NCBI GenBank assembly: GCA_043228905.1 | Contig: JBHGNT010000005.1 | Span: 18,538,001 to 18,602,000 of the forward strand | Direction: 5' to 3' | From: Azolla caroliniana | Taxonomy: Eukaryota > Plantae > Polypodiophyta | DNA length: 64,000 nucleotides | In this document: positions 22,864 to 35,619 of the stretch, one piece after another | How the letters are laid out: each line of letters starts with the position of its first letter | How positions within the stretch are numbered: position 1 is the first letter of the stretch | Made by a program: the position numbers and the translations under genes | The notes under the pieces: model-generated | Seen by the model: the letters and a program-made list of their open reading frames with translations, nothing else | The model's database searches: none | Told to the model about the DNA's origin: nothing

Positions 22864-25800
22864 TTTCTACCATAGCTCCACTATTGCATCTAAAGGGCCT
22901 ATACTAGGGTGAATCCTGAGTATTCCTTAGCCCGATTGACATCATTCCTATGCCCTTACAACTGGTATCAGAGTAGATTTAGTTTCTGAACTTCTGCACA
23001 GTTGTTGTATAGCAAAGAACATGTGTTCATACCTCTTTATTGTGAGCTATGGCGTCATCCTCCTTAGAAGTGAAGAATCTTTTTGAGATTAGATGATTTG
23101 AGGGCGCAGGTTTCGACTTGTGGAAGAAAAGAATGCAAGAAATTCTTTTTTTGAAGGATTGTGAAAGGGTGTTGAAGGCAGAAAAACCAGAGAACATGTT
23201 AGAAGACGCATGGCAGATTCTAAACAAAAGGTTGTCATATATATTAAGATGGTTGTTTCTGATGAGATCTTGGTAGATCTCAAAGGGTTGGTATCTGTTT
23301 CTAAAATATGGGCAAAGCTGAAGGCTACATATGAAAACAATACACCTGTTAATAAAGTACACCTAATGCGAAAGCTTGTGGGCATGCAATTGGATGAGTC
23401 CAAGAGTGCAACTGAACACTTGTTATTGTTTACAAGTACCTTATCACAAATGCAGGACTCAGGAATGGATCCTTTTGATGATAACCTCAAAGCCATTTTC
23501 CTACTAATGACACTACCAAACTCATGGGAGACATTGGTAGTCTCATTGTCTAATAGCCCCAACTTAACCTTTGATGGTGTTAGGGGCTCCATACTCAATG
23601 AAGAAATCAGGAGAAAAGCAAGTGGAGAAGGTGGTAGCTTAGCCAACATGGTTAGAAGTAGGAAAAATAAAAGAAGTAACTATGCACATAGGAACAAAAG
23701 TAAAAGCCAAGAAAGGGGAAATAGTAGCAAAGTTAAAAGCAATGACGTAACATGCTATCAGTGTGGTAGAAAAGGCCACAAGAAACCTGATTACCGCTAT
23801 TACAAAGCTGAGCTTGAAAGAAAAAAGAATTTTGGAGATAAGAGAAAGGACAAGACTAATGCACATAACAGCCAAAAAGACGAAGAGAAGGCCAATTTGG
23901 CCTCTAATGTAGGCATAGAGGAGCTGTCAGATGTTGAGGACATTTTATGTGCTACTTCTTCAGCTGATGATACTTACGCATATGATGTCTCTCTCAATAT
24001 TCATTCAGTGGACATGTGTATCAATAAGAATGATCTTATTGATGCTTTGCTGACTGTCAATTATGCATTGGCCCAAACATGGATAGTTGACTTTGGTGCT
24101 TCATTTCATGTGACTCCTATCAAGGAGTGTTTTTCTACTTTTACTACAGGCATCCATGGCCATGTATACCTTGGAAACAATCATGCATGTTCCATTGAGG
24201 GTATTGGCACTATGCGTTTTTCTACAAATGACACCTACAAATGACACTAATGAGCTGGTTTTGCATAATGTGCATTATGTACCAGGGATCAAGAAGAGCT
24301 CGCTTTCTGTGGAGCGAATGGATATGCATGGTTATAGCATTCTCTTTGAGAGAGGATCATGGAAAATGACAAAAGGTTCAAGACTGATTGTGAAAGGCAC
24401 AAAGAAGGGAACTCTTTATTGCTTACATGGAAATGCTATATCAAGCAAATTTATTGCTTTGGCTGAAGTTCACTCCCATATGGAGTTGTGGCATAAGAGA
24501 CTTGGCCATATGAGCCAAAAGGGTCTCACTAGGCTTTGTAATCTAAAGAAGCTTGATGCTAAAGGCACAAAGCTTGATTTTTGTAATGAATGCCAATATG
24601 GAAAGCAAGTGAAGTGTTCCTTTTACTTTGGTGTGTCTCGTAAGTCTTGTGTACTTGATCTTGTTCATTCTGATGTGTGTAACATGCCCACCAAATCTAT
24701 GGGGGGGGGAATGTATTTTATCTCATTTATTGATGATTTCTCTAGAAAAATTTGGGTTCAATTGCTTAAATCTAGGATGAAGCCTTAGCTGCATTTAAGC
24801 GTTTTTATGCATTTGTGACCACCCAAACAGGCAGAAAACTGAAATGTTTGCGTACAGACAATGGTGGTGAGTATACAAGTGCTGAATTCAAGAAATTTTG
24901 TGAAATTTTGGGTATGAAGAGGGAGCTTACTATTCCATACAACCCCTCTTCTAATGGTGTGGCTGAATGATATAACATGACACTTTGTGAGAGAGTGAGA
25001 TGCATGCTTTCCCCCGCTAATCTCCCTCATGGATTTTGGGGAGAGGCACTTAAAACTGCAGTACATGTATGCAATAGATCCCCTCACGCGTCTTTAAAGG
25101 GTGACATCCCTGAAGGGGTTTGGTTTGGTAAACCTGCTTCATATGATCACTTATGTGTCTTTGGCTGCGAGGCTTTTGTACATATAATGCCTGAGCTGAG
25201 AAACAAACTTGATGCCAAGTCCATTAAGGGCCTCTTCATGGGACATGGTGAAGAAGGTGAATTGGGTTATAGGATTTGGATACCCTAGCTCAAGAAGGTT
25301 ATACGCAGCCGAGATGTTCTTTTCAATCAGGCAATGTTGCTTCAAAACAATTGTACCTCAAAGATGACCATAAATGGGTTAGATTTCAGCATGACCAACC
25401 ACCTGTTAGAGCCAGTTTTGACCATCAAGATCCACCACAAAGGACTGAAAATATTGATCATCCAGTGGTTTTGGAGCCAAAAGATGTTGGACAACAAGAT
25501 GAGGATCCTAAGAGGAATATGCAGCCAAATAATAATGCTGAAAATGGCGTTGAAAATAATGGACAACAACCTAACAATGATGATTTAGACATTCCACCTG
25601 ATGTTGATCCATTTCCTGACAATATGGATCATTGGGTGAGACGTTCTACTCGTGTAAGATTAAATGTGAGTAGATTTGAAGTTTCATTGCACTACATAAT
25701 GTTGATCGATGAGGAAGAACCTCTTACATATAAAGAGGCAAAGGCATGTGAGCACAACAATAAGTGGGAGCTTGCTATGCAGGAAAAGATTAAGGCTTTG

Positions 25801-27836
25801 CATTCAAATAATACTTGGGACTTGGTTGAACTGCCCAAAGGAAGGAAATCTATTCCTAACAAATGGGTATTTAAAATCAAGACCATTGATGACAAGCCCA
25901 AGTATAAAGTAAGGCTGGTTGCAAAAGGATATGCTCAAACTAAGGGATAGATTTTCAGGAAGTGTTTTCTCCTGTGGTAAAAATGACCACTTTGCGAGTG
26001 CTATTTGTTGTAGTGGTTGCACTTGATTTAGAATTAGACCAAATGGATGTACATACAAATTTTTTGCATGGTGACATTGACGAAGAGCTTTACATGAAAC
26101 GGCTTGAGGGCTTTGTTATTCTTGGAAAGGAACATTTGGTATGTAAGCTTAATAGAAGCTTGTATGGGCTGAAACAAGCTTCTAGACAATGGTACAAAAA
26201 GTTTGATGCTTTTATGCTCAAACATGGGTACAAAGGAATCCATGCTTATCACTATGTGGATACTAAAAGAGATGAAAGTGGCAGCCCAATCATTCTTGTA
26301 CTATATGTAGATGATATGCTCATTGCTGCCAAGAAAACGAGCACTGTTGATGTCCTTAAAACGTAGCTGAAATCTGCATTTTCAATGAAAAACCTTGGGG
26401 AAGCTGAACATGTACTTGGAGTAAGAATTAGGAGACAAAGGGAGCAACACACATTGTATTTATCTCAAGAAAAATACATTGACAAGGTGCTAGACAGATT
26501 TTGTATGGTTGACACAAAGCCTCTTGGAGTGCCATTACAGCCATATGATAAAGTCTCTAAGGAAGATTGTCCTAAAACACAAGAAGCAACAATGACATGC
26601 ATGGTGTACCTTATGCTTCAGCTTGTGGTTCACTTATGTATGCTATGGTTGCCACTATACCTGATATTGCCTATGCAATGGGAGTTGTAAGCCAATTCAT
26701 GGCTAATCCGGGCAAGGCACATTGAAATGTAGTAAAGTTCATTATGAGGTACTTAAAAGGGACTAAAAATAAATGCCTTTGTTATGGAAAAGACCCATTA
26801 GAGCTGAAGGGTTTCTGTGACTCTGACATGGCAGGTGATGTGGATACAGGGAAATCCACAAGTGGCAATGTATTCACACTTGCAAGTGGTGTTGTATCAT
26901 GGTGTAGTAGGTTGCAAAAGGTTGTTGCTTTGTCCACTACCGAGGCTGAATATATCTCAGCCATTGAGGCTTCCAAGGAAGCAATATGGTTAGCACGTCT
27001 ATGCAATGAGTTTGGTTTGCCTGAAAAGGCACCCATTCTTGGTTGTGATAACCAGAGTGCCATTTGTTTGGCAAAGAATACTATGTTTCATGCACGCACA
27101 AAATATATTGATGTGCGATATCAATTCATTCAAGAAGTTCTTGAGGATGTCCTTGCATCATAGAACCCTACGGATGTACTGACCAAGTGCTTACCCAAAG
27201 CACAACATCAGATATGTATACAAATGGTGGGAGTCACATAACTTAAAGGCATCATTTATGCCTTTAAGTGGGAGGTTGTTGGGGTAAAGGCCCTAAATGA
27301 CCCCCTTATAGTGTGTACATGTGTATAGGCCTATTTATAAAGGCCAAAAGTCACTAACCACTTTTTCATTATTTTTGGGCCAAGTTCGGTGTATAAAACA
27401 TAACTTCCCCAACCCTAAATGGGTCATATAAAACATAAGTTAAGAATTTTTGGATCTCACTTCAAAGGTGAGCTCCTCCAACTAAGTTACTATCTCTCTA
27501 TCTTTTCTACCAGCGAATGGTTCAATCATTCGAGCATGGTAAACACCCTCGAAGAATGGTAAATACCATACTTTTGGATTAACTATTTACTATGAGGTAA
27601 ATAAACCTAAAAAAAGGGAAAAAAAACAAAATAACATTTAAAAAGGAAGGGGGGAAACAAAAAGAGAAAACACAAGAATGTTTGAATAACATTCGCATTC
27701 GTTTTCCAACGTAGGAAAATGAATGTTATGCTAGACGAACACGAATTTTACATACTATGATTGCATCTAAAGGGCCTATACTAGGGTGAATCCTGAGTAT
27801 TCCTTAGCCCGATTGACATCGTTCCTACCCCTTACA
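22860..27836 (+). mobile_element. AT-rich degenerate Copia (lineage D): truncated 5' LTR, PBS, gag-pol, 3' LTR
   Basis: U5 remnant 22860-22960 matches the end of LTR 27277-27836; PBS TGGTATCAGAG at 22963; gag 23210-24244 (CYQCGRKGH), integrase, RT LYVDDML, RNase H GFCDSD; PPT AAGTGGGAGG at ~27266. Confidence 0.93.
27513..27759. mobile_element. Truncated hAT-like MITE end inside the lineage D 3' LTR
   Basis: Absent from the 5' LTR remnant (TTCTACCA|...|ATTGCATCT). It ends ...CATACTATG (CATAG terminus on the minus strand) and has ATTCG/CGAAT subterminal motifs like 59856-60499. Confidence 0.55.
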
Positions 27837-28396
27837 GTTGGGACTCACAGAAGACCTAGTCCCAGACCCTGCTACAAGGGAAACGCCTACCTTGACGTAA
27901 TAGTTCTTGGTATAATGACTTGGGAAGCTCAAGAGTCACCTCTTTGCATAACGATTGGGGTAACCCAACATCCACCCTTAGACTATACGAGGACCTCCTC
28001 ATTTTTTATTCATACCTAGATTTTTTAATTACTTACTCTCTCCTCTCCCTCTTCTTAATCCTATTTAGCTTGAAGGAGCTTTTAATAAAACCTTCTTGTA
28101 TGCATGATTAAGTATGAATGCTGATTAATTATAGTTTTGGCTTGATATCTCTTCTCCCCATTGTGTTTTGGGCTCATTTCGAGACTCCCATGTTTTAGGT
28201 CCATCACAGACTGCCATTTCTTCACGCGCATTTGATGGTCCACTTCCACCTACATCGTTCACAACTGCAACCCTCTTCTTAAGTTGTCGTGTCCTGTACT
28301 TGATAGTGATCAAGGTCACGAACCTTGCTCTAATATTATGTTGAAATCTTTGTAAGGGATTAAGGTTAGCATGGGAAAACACAAAAACACATGAGA

Positions 28397-30760
28397 AGAA
28401 AGAAGATATATTAACATCTTGTAAGAGGCCAAAATGGCCTATAAGACCAAACAAGAGATTACATCTTAAGTGTTGTCTCGTCTTTGAGAACAAATCAAAA
28501 TAAAATAAATATTACATGGTAAATATAAAAGTAAATAAGATGAAAAGAGACGAGGGAATCTGGTTTTTGGCACATGTGAGATTCTCAAGTTAGATATATT
28601 GTAGCTTTCGTCTTCAAAAGAACTCTAGCATAGGTCAATCCAGAATGGAAATGTCTCTGAAGCGAGGGACACACCTGCGATGGCGGGAGATAATGGCTTT
28701 TATTTGTCGATGATAAGGGTGTCGAGGTCATGGTCAATGGGGTCGGGGCCTACGTGCATGGCAAATTGTTATTGCCCGATCAATTGTAACCCCTTTGTTA
28801 TGTCCTAGTTTGGAGCCCATTTGTGTATCCCGTGATTGACTTGTAGCATTAGTAGGAGTGATGGGGCTAAAGAAAGTTGTGATTGTTCTTTGTGGATGAG
28901 CTTGCATGGTTGTATTCTTCAACAACTTTTCCCGATGTCTCTTGAGCTCTAGCAAGAAAAGTCCTAGGCATCGTTGGTCCTCATATTCCATTACCTTGCG
29001 TAGTGGACCAAAGCCTTGTTTAAAGAGGCAATGATATCTCCCTCTGATTTCATAAAAGACACTACAATGACAAACATAGTGTTCTTCGGATTCCATTCCT
29101 TGATGATGCAATTGGCAAATTCTCTCTTCTATAGGTTGTTGTGTATATCGACCTACCTCAATCTGTAACTGATGTGATGAAGTTCGAGCCGCCCTATCAC
29201 ACTATGCAACACATAGGATAGATGTATGTCTATATACGGTGGCCTGATGATGAATCCATCCTCCGATGTGTGTAAGAAGTGTGTCTTATAGTGGGCCATC
29301 TTTGTACCAAGTGGTATTTTGGGGCTGATCCATGTTATCTTGTTTTCCAAGTTAATAATATCAGTTCGGATCACTCTATTCTTTTCCAGTTTGGTCATAT
29401 TTAGATGGGGACAGTCCAAGCTATATTGGAATGGGGGTAGTGCAGTTATACTCATCCCATGTGACTCAAAACATTGCTGCATTTCAGCATACCAACAATG
29501 AGTGTCTCCATTTTCAGCAAGTTGTCTTGATGACATAAGTGCTAACCTTGGGTACCTTCCTTTAGGGAGCTCCCAAAGACGTTGGATAAATGTCACTGAT
29601 CGGAACAATGCCTCGGTGATGATAGGTGTTGTTCCCATCTCTGCCCGGATTATATTGTGGGGCACCAATGCTTTGCTCCTTATCATGCGAGCAATCATTG
29701 ACACTAAAGGTCTCTCTAAATCTTTCCAATGATTTTCCTTGTCAAGACTCGGTCCCCATGTTTCTACTGCATAGAGAAGAGTTGGTGTGGCGACAAGTGT
29801 ATCAAATAACCATAGCTTAGTTCATGGCTCTTGGAACTACAAATGTGCACATTATCTCTCGAGAGCACCAAGGGTTGCATATCCACAAGAAAGTCATAGA
29901 AGACCGCACTTTTCCTGACATGGATTCATAGAGTGCATAGGTTCCCCATTGCATATTTGTAGGAACACCAAGGGCTTTTAGCCGCTGCATAAGCCGAGCA
30001 CGTGGCACAATGTCAAAGGCTTTTCGGAAATCCACAAACCAACAATAAATCCTCTTATTATGGGCTCTGCCCTCCTCAATAAGGGCCCAAAGGGTGAATA
30101 TGTGATCCAAAGTTGTGAACCCCTTTTGAAAGCCTACTTGTCCAACTGAACGACAATCATTCCGCTCTACCCATATACTCAATTCTGATTCTAGAATCGA
30201 GCCATATAGTTTAGCCAAATAATGGCCAATCATGATTGTCCTATAGTTGCTTGGCATCATGAGGTCTCCACTCTTGAGGATTGGCACAATGGTATGCTGA
30301 GTCCATCTAGTAGGGAAACCTTCACACATGGCTCTATTAAAGATGTGTGCTAGCAATGGGAGCAAGGTGTCATGGGCATAGATAAAGTGCTCGGCCACCA
30401 ATCCATCATGATCTTGGGCATTCCCGAATTGTATCTGATCAATGGCATTTCTTACATTTTGTGGAGTAAAAAAAGTTGACTCATGTGCGTGGGGAAGAGG
30501 AGGTTGCCCTAAGATATCATATAGAACCTTTGCATTTTCATGCCACACCTGAGGTGAGGTCAATTGTGTGGTATGTTGCCTCTCATTAAAAAAATTCCAT
30601 GCTCTTTTACTTTCTTGTCCTAGAAACAAGTGATACAAATGATCTTCAAATTTAGCCAAATACAATATCTTCTTCTTCCTTACGAGGCGTTTCAAGGTTG
30701 CTCTCGCTTGTTTGTGTGTATAAATGCCCCGAGTTAGTAACGTTTCAAGGTTGCTCTCGC
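28397..30760 (-). mobile_element. LINE (RTEX-like) subfamily 2, 5'-truncated and degenerate
   Basis: ORF 29817-30695 (NYRTIMIGH, FVDFRKAFD), 29153-29704, 28734-29111 (ESEEHYVCHC). The 3' end GGCC-N6-GGCC...GTTAATATATCTTCTTTCTT resembles subfamily 1. Confidence 0.9.
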
Positions 30761-30768
30761 AAGCATCT

Positions 30769-31123
30769 TGATGGAGAAGAGAAGAGGAAGAAAAAAGACT
30801 ACTTCAATATACCATTAAGAAAAAAATACAATACTCTTATACTCCAAGAGTAACAACCCCAAATAAGTGAAAAGAAATGCACGGAATATCGCTTGGCCAC
30901 AACCGAGTAGTAAATAACTTCTATAAGAATCAAACACAGAAATGGGAAGTGGAGAGTACACAAGAAAATGACACAGGATGTTTACGTGGAAAACCCTAAT
31001 ATGGAAAAACCACGGGAGCCCATAGACTCCGAACTATCACTATGAAGAGAAGGGGTACAATCAGAGACTCGGAGGCAACGACCTCGAGCTCTGTTTCTTC
31101 GCACAATGGCGGTTACAATAGAG

Positions 31124-31195
<72 letters not shown>

Positions 31196-32342
31196 CAACA
31201 GTTACAACAATATGACAACAACATAATCGCACACTAAAGTGATTGCCCTAAGTCATATTTATAGTTATATGAACTTAGGGCTATTTACAAATATAGCTTC
31301 AATGGGCTTATTCAAGACATATTTACAGATTTGTCGTCTCTTCAGGTTCTCACCGGGTCCATTGATCCGGTTTCCGGATCTCTTCCGGTTCTCACTAGAT
31401 CTCCTTTGGTTTTTGGATCTCTTCTAGTTCTTACTAGGTTCTCTTTATTCATCACCGGATCCCATCCGGAGAGACCGATTTCCCAATAATCTCCCCCTTC
31501 ACTCCAGTATCGAATGTCTTGTAAGTCCGATCCGCTTCCGGCATGCGTCCAGCTTGTCGGGCGTCAGCACCTTGGTCAACATATCTGACTCATTCTCCTC
31601 TGTGTGGATCCTCATCAGCACGAACTCTCGATCTTCAACTCGCTCCCGGATCCAGTGGTACCTGCGCTGGATGTGCTTCGTTTTGGAATGGTATGCCGCG
31701 TTCTTTGCAAGGTGGATGGCACTTTGACTGTCGTAGTAGAGCCGGTATTCCTCTTGTCGGATCCCTAGCTCTCCAATGAAGTCCTTCATCCATAATATTT
31801 CCTTGCCGGCTTCCACGGCTACCATGTACTCCGCTTCCGTGGTTGACAACGCAACCTTCTTCTGCATCCTCAACTGCCACGAAACAGCTCCCCCTGCATA
31901 GGTCATGACATATCTTGAAGTTGACCGGCTGGTGTCCACATCAGCCGACATATCCGAATCGGTAAAGCCTTCCATGAGGGGTTTATTGGAGCCGAATCGG
32001 AGGCACATACTCGAAGTGCCCTTCAAGTACCGGATTATCCATTTTACCGCATTCTAGTGCTCTTTTCTGGGGTTGGTCATGAACCGACTCACCACTTCGA
32101 TTGCGTATCCAATATCTGGTCAAGTACACACCATTGCGTACATCAAGCTCCCGACAGTAGAGGCATATGGAATCTTCATCATATCCACCTTCTCTGCCTT
32201 TATTTTCGGGATTTGCTCACCGGATAATCTGCAGTTTATCGAGAGAGTCGATCCGACCGGTTTTGCTTCTAATATGTTAAACCGCTGAAGCACCTTTGTC
32301 ACATACTTTTCCTGTGACATGCACAATTGCTTCTTCGACCAG
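30769..32342 (-). mobile_element. 3' part of a Copia lineage B element (end of RT, RNase H, PPT, 3' LTR 31488-30769)
   Basis: ORFs 31499-32026 and 32120-32326 closely resemble 19990-20822; PPT at 31491-31500; the LTR carries lineage B motifs and an expanded (GA)n tract. Confidence 0.93.
31126..31192. repeat. (CT)n microsatellite, ~33 units, expanded from the LTR GA tract
   Basis: Seen directly; same position as shorter GA tracts in related LTRs. Confidence 0.95.
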
Positions 32343-32991
32343 TGTCATGAAGAAAACCGTCCACAAGCGGAATCGGTGCACGAGAGCGTAGGAACCGGCT
32401 CTTCATGCACGTACGCCTTATGTTGTACATAAGAGAGCATTAGGTACATAGAAGATCCTAGGTAGGTAGATTCGGTAGATAGGAAGTTAATGGGAAATGG
32501 CTCCTTCCTTGCCTATAAAAGGAGGGAGACGAGGGGGGGGGATGGATCGCGGTTAGAGAGGACGAAGTGTTGTCGGGTTGTCGGGCGAAGGCTTCTCTCT
32601 CTCCCAAACTCCGTAGCTTCTTTCTGTGCAGGTTTTCGGGAGGCTCGCGCTGCTCTGAGGAATGCCCGAGTGCTTCCGGCAGCACCTCCAACCTACTCCT
32701 TTCTTTCTGAGCGTTTACGAACAGGCATCGGCATCTGTTCGCCGGCCTGTTCGGTTGTAACCGACTTCGTGCTTCTTGTTGATTGTCCTTGTTAATTTAT
32801 ATATATACATACATTCGTGTCTCTCTGCGTCGGTGTCCCACTCGCGTCTTTGTGTCGAAGGGCCGTGCCCCTGTGAATCTACGCCCACACGTAGTGGGTC
32901 CCTTCCCTTCTCCTTTGTCTCTTGCTCTTCGGTACAAGACCCCCGAGGCCCCGCCTCATTCCACGCATCCGCGAGGAATACCTCGACATCT

Positions 32992-33009
32992 TGGTGAACC
33001 CGACGTGAA
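32992..33009 (+). promoter_or_regulatory. Primer binding site complementary to tRNA-Trp 3' end
   Basis: TGGTGAACCCGACGTGAA is the reverse complement of TTCACGTCGGGTTCACCA, the 3' end of plant cytosolic tRNA-Trp(CCA) as I recall it. Confidence 0.85.
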
Positions 33010-33030
33010 AGAGGCGGCAGAAGAGCAGAA

Positions 33031-35619
33031 GATGAAGGGGTCGGATCTTGCGGAGGCCATGGCTTCGGCTGTGGATCGGGTATTGAGCGCACGCGAGGGC
33101 ACCGGCGCCCTCGACAGAGCCATTGAGGTGGTCGTCGGTACGATCGGCCGGTTCAGCGGGAAGGATGCCATGAAGTATTTGGCGTCCTACGGGGCAGAAA
33201 TGCTGATGCGGGACATTCCGGAAGAGAGGCATCTTGCCGGGTTCCCTCGAGTGGCGATGCCGAGCATCCATGCGGAGGTGCTCGAGGTACGGGCGGAGAG
33301 CCGTACCTGGGAGGAGTTCGAAGGCCGACTCCTAGAAAAATACGGGTTGGACGACGCGCTCCGGCTTTCGAAACGGGACTTCATGGAATGGGTGGAGCCC
33401 CCCAGCAAGGGAAGAAACGCGTCGGCACTCCTCCGGGAGTTTGAGGAACTCTTTGCGCGCCTTTCGGCGCTTGACCGAACCATTCTGGATACGAGCCGGG
33501 TCCTACTGTTCGTCAAGTCGGTGGACGAGCAGGACCGGGATCAAGTCGGCTCCTTGCTAGAAACCGAAGACGGGCTGACGACCGACTGGGCTACGGTTAA
33601 GAGAGTTTGTGGCCGTTTCGACAAACGGCGAGAATGGGCTGACAATGGGGCGGCCGGTGCGGGCTCTGTCACAGCAAGGAGGCTTGAACCGGCACTGCAA
33701 GGGCGGAGGGCAGAGACCCGGGAGTGGCTCGAAACCGGGTCGGCTCCGACCGGCATGGTCAATGACTCGTCCGGAGGAGCAGCGCTAGAGGAGTTGACGC
33801 GGGCGATAAAGGATCTCCAAATCGCCCAGACTCGAAGGGAAGGCGGCAAACCGGCTCGTGATCGACGGCCGGTAGCAGGGAACAGGTGCATGTGGTGCGA
33901 CGAGGTCGGCCACATTTGGAAGGACTGCGGCGATTTCACAGAGGTGTTGAGGAACCGGGTGGTGTACCTATGGGAAGGCCGGGTGCACGCCGGCGATACC
34001 AGAAGGGCCCTAAACCGGAACGACGGGCGAGGAGGTATGAAGAGACTGATGGAAGAGGCAGCGGCCTGACACGTGGAGGCCATCCACTACTCGGCGTCGG
34101 CCGGTATTCGGGTCGGGGGCAGCGAGGCCCGAAAGGAGAGCAAAGACGGATTCTGGTCGGCAATGCTGGAAGGCCTCGCCAGCGCATGGCTGAGGAAAGA
34201 TGAAGCGGACCGCGCTGAGAGACGGGTCCGGGAAATAACCGGGTGGAGCAACCCGATCGAGGAGAAGACGGGCTTCGTAGAAGCCGCCTGCCGGAACTAC
34301 GAGGCTCTGGTAGAAGACAAATGAGTGGGGAAAGCCGGAGCGGCCGGGCCCTCACAACGATACGAGACCCGATTCGGGCAACGACGGATCGATGCCGGTG
34401 GGTCCAGCGCGCAAGATAACCCCAGGAAGGGCGGATACCGACTGGGGACAGAAATAGAAAGGACCACGGACCTACGAAAGGTCCTAGAAGAACGGATCCT
34501 CGACAGCAAAGTGGAGCTGTCATTGCGGGAGGTGCTAGGGATCGCTAAGAAGGAGTTCCACGACTCCATTGTGGACTTGGTGAAGCGGAAGAGGCTGTCG
34601 ACGGAGACGGAACCGGAAAGACCGGTGGAGGTGCGGACGACGCACATCGACGACTTGGCACTGGAAGATGAGTGGGCGGAGAGCCACTATTCGAGGCCAC
34701 ACTGGGCCAAAGCGACCACGGAGACCCCGGTAAAGATCGGAGATGTTCAGGAACCGGTGGTGGCATTGGTGGACCACGGTTCGGAAATAAACCTGATGTC
34801 CATGGACTTCTATAAGAAGGGAAAGTGGCCGATCAACACCAAGCACGGGTGGAAGATACGGGTGGCGACGCGCGCCACCGAGGAACTGCACAGGGCCTGC
34901 CCGAACGTGCGAGTTGTTACCCGGACCCGGACAGTCAGTTTTACCGAACAAGTGGGAAAGCGTCGAAAACGGAGTCGGTTCGGATCGACTGTTCGGATCA
35001 ATGACTCAGCAGTGAACGAAGAGAACTAAGTTAGTTAGATAATTTTGTAATTCTTGATAGTAAGTAGGAATAGTTCTTGATGAGAAAAGACCTTCGGTAT
35101 ACCTATAAAAGGGAACCGAAGGCATTGTAAGAAAGGTCGTTTATTTAGTAATATAAGTTTAAGTTAGGAATATCATGTACGGATTCTGTGTTCTTTCTAT
35201 TGTCTATGTTGTTAAGTGCAATCTTCCTACTTTATAACTAAGTAACGATCACGGTAATTACCGATTAATATAGTATATTTCCGTTCATAAAACACAATTC
35301 CTTGTTAGAACGTTGAGTAGTGACGTTCACTCTTCTGTATCGGTAGTAGTTAGTAATTAGCCGATTAACACGAGTCAAGATCGGCGACGTCGAGGTTGAC
35401 CAGCACTTCTTTGTACAGGAGACGTCCTCGCACCCGGTCATATTAGGGGAACCATACATCACGGCGGCGCGGATGGAGACCAAGGTGCTAGACAACGGTT
35501 CGGCCTACGCGAGGGTCAAAAGCCAGGACGGGCGCCATTCGGTTCAATTTCTGACGGTGCGACCGAACCACAAGCGAAACCGCGAATCCCTCGGTGGCGA
35601 GAACCAGGAGGATTTTTAG
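33031..35619 (+). pseudogene. G1 ORF1: gag plus protease, interrupted by two TGA stops and a solo LTR
   Basis: ORFs ending at 34069 and 34324 and starting at 34325 share one frame. After removing 34915-35370 the frame continues RVKIGDVEVDQHFFV...VILGEPY...NQEDF* (TAG 35617-35619). Confidence 0.85.
34915..35370 (+). mobile_element. Solo LTR (456 bp) inserted in the G1 protease
   Basis: TGTTACCCGG...ATTAACA, TSD CGAGT at 34910-34914 and 35371-35375, TATAAAA at ~35104. Termini and length match the G2 LTR at 42959-43417. Confidence 0.93.

Noticed and set aside
27837-28390. Possible chromodomain or LINE remnant (MTWEAQE) and short ORFs
   Set aside because: Too short and decayed to assign.
32783-33030. 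N-terminal extension of G1 gag starting in the LTR
   Set aside because: It starts at a non-ATG codon in U5, and the same peptide appears in the 3' LTR ORF; the likely start is the ATG after the PBS.
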